From positions 930,001-962,000 of the forward strand of contig NC_017459.1 in assembly GCF_000237865.1 (NCBI RefSeq): DNA of 32,000 bases, given 5' to 3'. Positions within the stretch are counted from its first letter, which is position 1. Each line of letters starts with the position of its first letter. Of the stretch, positions 25,302 through 32,000 are shown one piece after another. Source of the stretch: Haloquadratum walsbyi C23 (GTDB lineage: Archaea > Halobacteriota > Halobacteria > Halobacteriales > Haloferacaceae). Both the position numbers and the translations under genes were made by a program. The notes beneath the pieces were generated by a model. That model was not told where the DNA came from. It ran no database searches and saw only the letters and a list, made by a program, of their open reading frames with translations.

Positions 25302-27860
25302 ATGAGCACATCAGATTCAAATCTTCCCAGCCGATCACGGACTGTTATCATTGGGGCTGGCGCTGTCGGATGTAGCGTTGCGTATCATCTGAGTGAACTT
25401 GGTGCTGAGGATGTTACCGTTGTTGATCAGGGACCATTACCGGTCACCGGTGGATCCTCGGTGCATGCACCAGGAATTATGTTTCAGACATCCCCGTCAA
25501 AACTTCAGACGAAAACAGCATACTACACAAGCCGACTCCTTTCAGATGCTGGTGTCTATGACGAAGTTGGCGGGATTGAACTTGCTCGGAGCGAGGATCG
25601 AATGGATTTCCTCCAGCGCCGCGCTGAATGGGCAACATCATATGGGCTTCCAGAACCGCAATTGCTCTCACCACAAGAAGTCACTGAATATCTCCCCTTA
25701 GTAAATGAAGATGAGATTCTTGGCGGCTATTACTCGCCGACCGATGGTCGAGTTGATGGAATCGCAGCACTACAGTGGTATATTGAGCAATCAGAGGCTG
25801 ATTTCTATGGTAATACCGAAGTCACTGACCTTACTGTGACAGATGGACGGATTACGGCTGTCGAAACTAATAATGGTCGGATTCAGTGTGACCGCTGTGT
25901 AATTGCAACGAATAATTGGGGATATCAGACTGCACAATTAGCAGATATTGATCTCCCGATTGCTCCAGTTGAGCATCAATATGTTGTTACCGAACCAATG
26001 GCTGAACTTGCGGCAACAGATTCAAACATCGGTGCAAACACTGAGGGACTTGAGGTTCCGGGCAATCGTGATATTCAAGAGCATATGAGTGAGGGTCCAA
26101 ACCGTCCTGTTGGTCGAGATCAGGATAATTCACTTTACTTCCGAACCCACGGGGATGCCATCGGGCTAGGATCTTATAATCACGAGACACTCTCAGTTGA
26201 TCCTAACTCGATGGGGACGAATACTGAGGATTCACAAGCATCAGTCCGTGGGTTTACCCGTGAACATTGGGAGAAGCCGACGCATCCTACCCGTGAGAAA
26301 TCAGCAAAACAGGCATTCGACGAACTCCTTCCAGCGACAGCAGACGCAGAGTATGCCGCAACAGAGAATGGAATCTTTGTATTTACTCCTGATGGAATGC
26401 CTGCGATCGGACCGACAGCCGAGGTTGATGGGCTTTGGAGTGCACTTGCAATCTGGTGGACACACTCTGGTGGATATGGTCGTATCGTTGCCGAGTGGAT
26501 GGAGAACGGCATTCCTCGACTAGATGATGGTCTTGTCGATACAAGTGGTGTTCATGTCCGTCGATTTGCTCCACACGCTGGGGAGCCCGAGTACTTCGTT
26601 GACAAAGGGGCAAAGCGATATCAACAAGTCTACAGTATCGTTGAACCGCGGTGGCAGCCAAGCGAACACCGTGGTCTCCGGACGAGTCCATTCTCACACA
26701 AACAAGCAGAGTTAGGCGCAGAATTCTATCAATCAGGTGGGTGGGAGACGCCACAGTGGTATGAGTCCAATGCCGACCTCGCTGATGAACACGCCGAAGC
26801 AATCCCAGAACAGGACGGTTGGGAAAGTATCAATCGTTCGCCAATCACGGGAGCAGAACATCTACACACGCGTAATGCGGTCTCGATGTTCGATATGACC
26901 TCCTTCAGTAGCATCATCGTCGAAGGTGTTGATGCTGAATCATATCTTCAGCGGATGTGCAGTAACGATGTTGCCATTGACCCAGGTGATGTCCGATACT
27001 CATTATTATTAAATGAAGGTGGAGGCATCCTCGCAGATATCACCGTTGTCGGTCTTGATGATGAACGATATATGGTAACGACCGGCGGCGGGAGTTCACC
27101 TGGTGTGCATGGAACATGGCTTCGAGAGCATGCACCTGAGACCGTTTCAGTTCATATTGAAGAGGGTGCGAAAAGCACGATTGGACTATGGGGTCCACAG
27201 TCTCGATTATTATTACAGCGGGTTACAGACGCAGATGTCTCGAATGACGGATTCCCATATTTCAGTGCAAAACAGATGTATGTCGGTGAGGTACCGGTTA
27301 CAGCGTTGCGTGTGTCCTATGTTGGTGAACTCGGCTGGGAACTCTGGGCTCCTGTTGAGTATGCTGAACGACTCTGGGAGACACTCTGGGAAGCAGGACA
27401 AGATCTTGATGTCCGACCAATGGGTGCTGGAGCACTCGAATCGATGCGTCTCGAGAAAGGTTACGCTCTCTGGGGTACTGACATTGATACCGGCGCAACC
27501 CCAGATGCAGCAGGACTCTCATTTGCTGTCGATCTTGAAACTGACTTTGTTGGGAAAGAAGGTGTCCAAGCTCACCGTGCTGAAGGTATCGATAGTATCC
27601 TGACACCAATTACTCTTGATGATTCAACGGACATCCTCTCAAGCGGTCGTCCGATTCATGCTGATGGTAATGCCATCGGGTATGTGCAGGCTGCTGACTT
27701 TGGATACACCATCGGTGAGTCAATCGTATATGCATATCTCCCGACAGCGTATGCTGACGCTGGCACGAGTGTTCAAATACAGTGTGAAGGCGAGAATTAC
27801 AACGCAACAGTGCGTGATGAGCCATTGTTCGACCAAGAACGAGAGAAGATCATCCGATAG
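25302..27860 (+). CDS. Dimethylglycine oxidase / sarcosine dehydrogenase-like flavoprotein with a GcvT-type domain (paralogue 2)
   Basis: 852 aa with the same architecture as paralogue 1 (GAGAVGC, SSVHAPG, YSLLLNEGGGILADITV, LRVSYVGELGWELW). Long blocks are collinear with paralogue 1, e.g. LPLVNEDEILGGYYSPTDG versus LPLVDQDQILGGYYSPTDG. Confidence 0.9.
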   Translation: MSTSDSNLPSRSRTVIIGAGAVGCSVAYHLSELGAEDVTVVDQGPLPVTGGSSVHAPGIMFQTSPSKLQTKTAYYTSRLLSDAGVYDEVGGIELARSEDRMDFLQRRAEWATSYGLPEPQLLSPQEVTEYLPLVNEDEILGGYYSPTDGRVDGIAALQWYIEQSEADFYGNTEVTDLTVTDGRITAVETNNGRIQCDRCVIATNNWGYQTAQLADIDLPIAPVEHQYVVTEPMAELAATDSNIGANTEGLEVPGNRDIQEHMSEGPNRPVGRDQDNSLYFRTHGDAIGLGSYNHETLSVDPNSMGTNTEDSQASVRGFTREHWEKPTHPTREKSAKQAFDELLPATADAEYAATENGIFVFTPDGMPAIGPTAEVDGLWSALAIWWTHSGGYGRIVAEWMENGIPRLDDGLVDTSGVHVRRFAPHAGEPEYFVDKGAKRYQQVYSIVEPRWQPSEHRGLRTSPFSHKQAELGAEFYQSGGWETPQWYESNADLADEHAEAIPEQDGWESINRSPITGAEHLHTRNAVSMFDMTSFSSIIVEGVDAESYLQRMCSNDVAIDPGDVRYSLLLNEGGGILADITVVGLDDERYMVTTGGGSSPGVHGTWLREHAPETVSVHIEEGAKSTIGLWGPQSRLLLQRVTDADVSNDGFPYFSAKQMYVGEVPVTALRVSYVGELGWELWAPVEYAERLWETLWEAGQDLDVRPMGAGALESMRLEKGYALWGTDIDTGATPDAAGLSFAVDLETDFVGKEGVQAHRAEGIDSILTPITLDDSTDILSSGRPIHADGNAIGYVQAADFGYTIGESIVYAYLPTAYADAGTSVQIQCEGENYNATVRDEPLFDQEREKIIR

Positions 27861-27889
27861 CAATTGAAATAAATCGATTCAGTCAAATC

Positions 27890-29176
27890 ATGACATCAGC
27901 ACCACCAGGCACAGACGGTAATCGTAGCAACAGCAACAACGCCGAAAAGACGCTCCCAATTACATACTCTGACATTGAGCAAGCGCGAGAGCGACTCAAT
28001 GATGAAACTGTTGTCAAATCCACCCCCGTCGAGATAAGCACCTCATTAGGTGATCTTGTTGACGCAGAGGTGTATCTTAAGATGGAACATCTCCAATGGA
28101 CAGGCTCATTCAAAACCCGTGGTGCATATAATAAAATTAGCCAGGCTGTTAGAGCAGGTGCTGATAGATTTATCGCCGCAAGCGCCGGCAATCACGCACA
28201 GGGTGTTGCGCTCGCAGCAACGAAATGCGATGCAAATGCGACAATCTACATGCCCGAAAGCGCTCCGCAGGCAAAGGTTGATGCAACGCGGTCTTACGGT
28301 GCGACTGTTGAGCTTATTGGTACAGACTTTCAGGAGACGATGGCTCATGCGAAGGAGGCTGTTGAGGAAAGCGATGCAAAGTTTGTACACGCGTACGACG
28401 ATCTCGATATTATTGCCGGTCAGGGAACACTCGGGATCGAAATGTATCATAATAAACCCGACGCAGACACAATAATTGTCCCGATTGGTGGTGGTGGACT
28501 CATTAGTGGTGTTTCAACAGCGATCAAGCACCTTTCACCATCGACACGGATTATTGGGGTACAAGCAACCGGTGCGGAAACAGTACATGAAAGTCTTGAT
28601 AAAGGAATCCCGGTCACGCTTGATGAAGTTAATACAATCGCCGACGGTATTGCTACTGGTGGAATTTCAGCACGGACACTCCAATTGATTGAAGCAAATG
28701 TTGATGAGGTTGTGACTGTATCCGATACTGAGATTGCCCGAGCAATCCTCCTGTTGATGAAGCGCGCAAAGCAAGTTGTTGAAGGTGCGGGTGCGGCCTC
28801 CGTTGCGGCACTGCTGAGTAGTGATGTTGATGTGCGCGGTGAAACTGTAATGCCGCTTTTGTGTGGTGGGAACCTCGACATGACAGGTCTTCAAACAGTC
28901 TTGGTTCATGCGTTGACACAGCGCAGTCAACGAATCCGTCTTCGGGTACGGATTGATGATCGCCCTGGTAAGATGGCTGATATCTCGGGTATTATTGCTG
29001 ATCAGCGAGCGAATATTCATAATGTCCGTCATGACCGATCTGTTGCTAACCTTGCTGTCGGTGAAGCATATCTTGTTTTTACTGTCGAAGCAAGTGGTGC
29101 TGAACATACAGCCACAATCGTTGATGCGATTGAATCCGCTGGATATCCGGTGCAGGATGTGACACGCAGTGCTTGA
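27890..29176 (+). CDS. ilvA: PLP-dependent threonine/serine ammonia-lyase (dehydratase) with a C-terminal ACT-like domain
   Basis: PLP-lysine motif SFKTRGAYNKI, glycine loop GGGGLISG, and an ACT-like C-terminus RLRVRIDDRPGKMADISGIIAD. The start is only 29 nt after paralogue 2, so the two are probably co-transcribed. Confidence 0.88.
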   Translation: MTSAPPGTDGNRSNSNNAEKTLPITYSDIEQARERLNDETVVKSTPVEISTSLGDLVDAEVYLKMEHLQWTGSFKTRGAYNKISQAVRAGADRFIAASAGNHAQGVALAATKCDANATIYMPESAPQAKVDATRSYGATVELIGTDFQETMAHAKEAVEESDAKFVHAYDDLDIIAGQGTLGIEMYHNKPDADTIIVPIGGGGLISGVSTAIKHLSPSTRIIGVQATGAETVHESLDKGIPVTLDEVNTIADGIATGGISARTLQLIEANVDEVVTVSDTEIARAILLLMKRAKQVVEGAGAASVAALLSSDVDVRGETVMPLLCGGNLDMTGLQTVLVHALTQRSQRIRLRVRIDDRPGKMADISGIIADQRANIHNVRHDRSVANLAVGEAYLVFTVEASGAEHTATIVDAIESAGYPVQDVTRSA

Positions 29177-29582
29177 GTGAGGATATAATTATATAAACTA
29201 CTCAAAATATTCTCTTATCATAGGGAAAAGACCCGATAATAAGGAACATATCAGCGCCTGTGATTCCCCGGCAGATATAATCCTATATCTCTGAATTTGA
29301 TACAGAACGTACACTTCAAAAACTGACTTGCCCAGCATATGAACTACCACAAATAATAAACATCATATTGATTCTCACTGTATCTGTAAGTCACAAATGC
29401 AGTGAGAATGCCGCTGGACCTAGATGTGACCCCGAGGCAATTCACGCTAGTGTTAAATTTATGATCTCAATCGATTAGAATTTTTGTAGGCATATGTAAC
29501 CGATAATAAAAAGAAACTGCAGGATTTTCTATATTAATTGTCTTAAATATATCAAGTCTGTGGCAAGATTAGTCATATCGAG

Positions 29583-29729
29583 AGGGTGTCATAGAACGGT
29601 TAGCATGGTTTTCTGATATCGGTCGAGAGGACTGCTATTGCTGCTTTTGAATAGCGGCAATATTTTTTATCTCTCAGATGCTGGCTTTCTGAAAGCTACT
29701 GAGGTGTGTGAATCGTTCTATGACACCCT
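29583..29729. mobile_element. MITE-like element or long structured RNA: 147 bp bounded by a perfect 16-bp inverted repeat
   Basis: AGGGTGTCATAGAACG at 29583..29598 has its exact reverse complement at 29714..29729. The direct repeat ATATCGAG flanks it at 29575..29582 and 29731..29738, with one extra G on the right. There is no ORF. The interior has imperfect hairpins. Confidence 0.45.
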
Positions 29730-29840
29730 GATATCGAGTGTACATTTAATTGATTAAATCTGACAGATAATTGAACATTTCTGATAATACCTGCGGAAGG
29801 TTATTCATGAATGCGATATATCAATAAAACTGAACCGAAA

Positions 29841-30284
29841 ATGTATGATAACATTTTAATCCCATATGACGGGAGCGACGAGGCAAAGAAGGGAGCAACG
29901 AACGGAATTGAACTAGCTGCTGCTGTTGACGCTCAGGTCCACGCACTATATGTGATTGACCTTCCTGGCGTCCCACGCGCACTATCAATTCGCGATAATG
30001 AGGAAGAGGTTCGAAGGGAATATGAAGAATATGCTCAAGAGGTACTCAGTGAAGCCTGTGAATTAGCAGCAACCCATGACGTCGATTGTCGGGAGGTCAC
30101 GCGAACTGGGTCCCCAAGTGAGGAAATCACTGATTATGCTGAGACAGCCGATATTGATGTCATTGCGATCGGTTCAGCATATCGTGGGAAAGTCGGAGCA
30201 CTTATTGGCGGAACCGCAGAGAAAGTCGTTCGATCATCAACAACGCCCGTGATTACTCATCGAATGGATGCAGACAGTATCTGA
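29841..30284 (+). CDS. Universal stress protein (UspA family)
   Basis: MYDNILIPYDGSDEA... with the USP ATP-binding pattern GSAYRGKVGALIGGTAEKVVRSSTTPV. The ORF extends to the ATG at 29811, but homologues typically begin at the MYD-type start. Confidence 0.85.
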   Translation: MYDNILIPYDGSDEAKKGATNGIELAAAVDAQVHALYVIDLPGVPRALSIRDNEEEVRREYEEYAQEVLSEACELAATHDVDCREVTRTGSPSEEITDYAETADIDVIAIGSAYRGKVGALIGGTAEKVVRSSTTPVITHRMDADSI

Positions 30285-30417
30285 AATCACGTATTAGTGA
30301 TATACGGGTATTTCTATCGACTATGACTATCTCAAAATATACAATCATATCCATATGTATAATCAATTACAACCAGTATATACCAACTTTATATGATAAT
30401 CAAGATATATGAATTAA

Positions 30418-30588
30418 TTAGTCACTGGATTGATCAATCAACTGAGTTTCTCTGAGGTATATAATAATACTCGCGCTAAGAAATACAACACCAGCTACAG
30501 CAAACTCGCCACCTGATAGAGCAATTAGCGCAATAATAAACAAAATAACGACAACTCCTGCAGCAAGCGTCGCAAGCATCTCTACCAT
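30418..30588 (-). CDS. Possible 56-aa two-helix membrane micro-protein (below the ORF-track cutoff)
   Basis: My own translation of the minus strand gives MVEMLATLAAGVVVILFIIALIALSGGEFAVAGVVFLSASIIIYLRETQLIDQSSD, with ATG at 30588..30586 and TAA at 30420..30418. It has two hydrophobic helices and an acidic tail. There is no homology evidence. Confidence 0.35.
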   Translation of the reverse strand: MVEMLATLAAGVVVILFIIALIALSGGEFAVAGVVFLSASIIIYLRETQLIDQSSD

Positions 30589-30983
30589 GTCGGTGCAATG
30601 ACCGGTGAAATAACAAAAGAGTACTGCTGCGTCAAGATGGATATCTCAGCATATCAATCGACGCCGCATCATGCCAATTCATGATACTTATCGAAGAAGA
30701 TGAGGAATATATCACCCATTGATACGTTCTAATACCTATCACTGCTCGCGCATGCTTTTTTAATAGTATATCACGGCTATGACGACCGAAAATGCCGAAA
30801 TCATCCGATTCAGACGCTAAAAAGCCCAAGATTTAATAGAGATAAACAGTTGCTTAATATTGAGCTTGTATAACATATGGCTCGGCGTGATGTACGATCT
30901 GATATATGCGCATAAAACACTCTCATCAAGAATCAGGAGAGTCGCTGAAAGTAAGAATATCAGATAATCTACGCGATCACGCC

Positions 30984-30990
30984 TATAAAT
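30984..30990 (+). promoter_or_regulatory. Candidate TATA box for the BCCT transporter gene
   Basis: TATAAAT lies about 69 nt upstream of ATG 31056. A GGAGGT Shine-Dalgarno-like element at 31045..31050 lies 5 nt upstream of the start. Confidence 0.35.
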
Positions 30991-31055
30991 GTTCCAATAC
31001 ACGCAAACGATGATACTGAATCAACAATATCGACGACTAATCCTGGAGGTATCGT

Positions 31056-32000
31056 ATGGCAAGTAGTGATGACGAGATGTCCGATGGGTTGCAGGTTGAA
31101 CTCTTTCATCCGGACTCTGACCGCGAGCCGGGTGACACCAATATCCAACGACTTGGGTTTGATATTCATCCAGTTGTCTTCCCCATTTCACTTGTTGTGA
31201 TCGTTGCATTTGTTGCAGCAACAATCGCCCTTGGTGAACAAGCAGCAAGCGTTTATAGCGATATTTTCAGTTTCGTTAACGGTAATTTCGGTTGGTTCTA
31301 CATTACCTCAGTGAATCTGTTTATTCTAACAGTAATATATTTCGCTGCAAGTAAATACGGAAACATTCGGATCGGTGGTGTTGAGGCTGAAAAAGAATTT
31401 AGTGACTTCTCTTGGATGGCGATGTTATTCAGTGCCGGAATGGGTATTGGATTGATGTTTTTCAGTGTCGCTGAACCGATGTGGCACTTTGGTAGTTCCG
31501 CATCGGATTTCATGGTTGTTCCACCAGCGTTTGATGCTGCTGGCGGAACAGCTGCAGCCGCAACTGCCTCAATGGCGACAACGTTCTTCCACTGGGGACT
31601 TCACCCATGGGCTATTTATGCACTTGTCGGGCTTGGGCTTGCGTTCTTCTCATTTAATCGCGGACTACCACTCACTTTCAGATCGATTTTCTGGCCGCTT
31701 CTTGGTGAGCGTATATATGGATGGCCTGGTCACGTAATTGATCTTGTAACGGTTTTCGCAACACTATTTGGCTTGTCAACGTCTCTTGGATTGGGTGTCT
31801 CACAAGTCAATACTGGACTTTCATATGTTCTTGGTGATACACTTGGGCTAGTTAATATTCCGACCGGGACAATCCCACAAGTACTACTCATTGCTGGTAT
31901 TACCCTGATTGCGACTGCCTCTGTCGCTGCAGGACTTGATGATGGTGTTCGGCGCCTGAGCACAGTGAATCTATACTTGATGTTTGGACTCCTTGGATTC
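31056..32000 (+). CDS. BCCT-family (betaine/carnitine/choline) transporter, 3'-partial (runs off the window)
   Basis: This is not in the ORF track because no stop is reached. My translation from ATG 31056 gives MASSDDEMSDGLQVELFHPD...GNFGWFYITSVNLFILTVIYFAASKYGNIRIGG...WMAMLFSAGMGIGLMFFSVAEPMWHF. This includes the BCCT hallmark GxGIGLMFFxVAEP. The frame stays open for all 315 codons to position 32000. Confidence 0.9.
   Translation, partial: MASSDDEMSDGLQVELFHPDSDREPGDTNIQRLGFDIHPVVFPISLVVIVAFVAATIALGEQAASVYSDIFSFVNGNFGWFYITSVNLFILTVIYFAASKYGNIRIGGVEAEKEFSDFSWMAMLFSAGMGIGLMFFSVAEPMWHFGSSASDFMVVPPAFDAAGGTAAAATASMATTFFHWGLHPWAIYALVGLGLAFFSFNRGLPLTFRSIFWPLLGERIYGWPGHVIDLVTVFATLFGLSTSLGLGVSQVNTGLSYVLGDTLGLVNIPTGTIPQVLLIAGITLIATASVAAGLDDGVRRLSTVNLYLMFGLLGF

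Noticed and set aside
25184-25375. 63-aa ORF with one hydrophobic helix upstream of, and overlapping, DMG oxidase 2, considered as a possible uORF or membrane peptide.
   Set aside because: It starts with TTG and has no internal Met before the overlap with the real start. It lies across the promoter region. There is no supporting signal.
30632-31248. Minus-strand ORFs 30632..30829, 30817..31002, 30969..31169 and 31021..31248.
   Set aside because: They lie in AT-rich intergenic DNA or antisense to the BCCT 5' end. Their composition is basic, Ile/Tyr-rich and non-halophilic, and they overlap one another.

Overview
The window looks like chromosomal DNA from a low-GC haloarchaeon. Predicted proteins are strongly acidic while the DNA is AT-rich, as in Haloquadratum, but the organism cannot be confirmed without a search. 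I see no rRNA, tRNA or CRISPR array. From left to right: (1) A 5'-truncated TnpB remnant abuts an intact polyphosphate kinase gene (ppk1). (2) A decayed IS1341-type, TnpB-only IS200/IS605 element follows; its tnpB is split by a nested 258-bp MITE with a 12-bp target duplication and carries further lesions, and its 3' omega-RNA region holds extra hairpin modules. (3) A small zinc-ribbon protein. (4) An actin-fold gene of the haloarchaeal salactin/volactin type, preceded by a membrane protein with a long acidic tail. (5) A six-gene minus-strand cluster with partly overlapping stop/start codons: BatA-like vWA, double-vWA, membrane-anchored coiled coil, polytopic membrane protein, MoxR AAA+ ATPase and DUF58. 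(6) A type II HAD hydrolase and MetF. (7) A very acidic 504-aa protein containing in-frame hexamer microsatellites. (8) A group of genes that together suggest scavenging of compatible solutes or methylated amines: an AstE/AspA-family deacylase, a creatininase-family hydrolase, two tandem dimethylglycine-oxidase-like paralogues that share an upstream 17-mer, a threonine/serine dehydratase, a USP, and a BCCT transporter that runs off the window. A MITE-like inverted-repeat element sits in a 634-bp AT-rich gap. Nothing here can be shown from sequence alone to be an undescribed system. The best candidates for follow-up are the actin plus acidic membrane protein pair, the extended MoxR/vWA cluster and the osmolyte-catabolism island.
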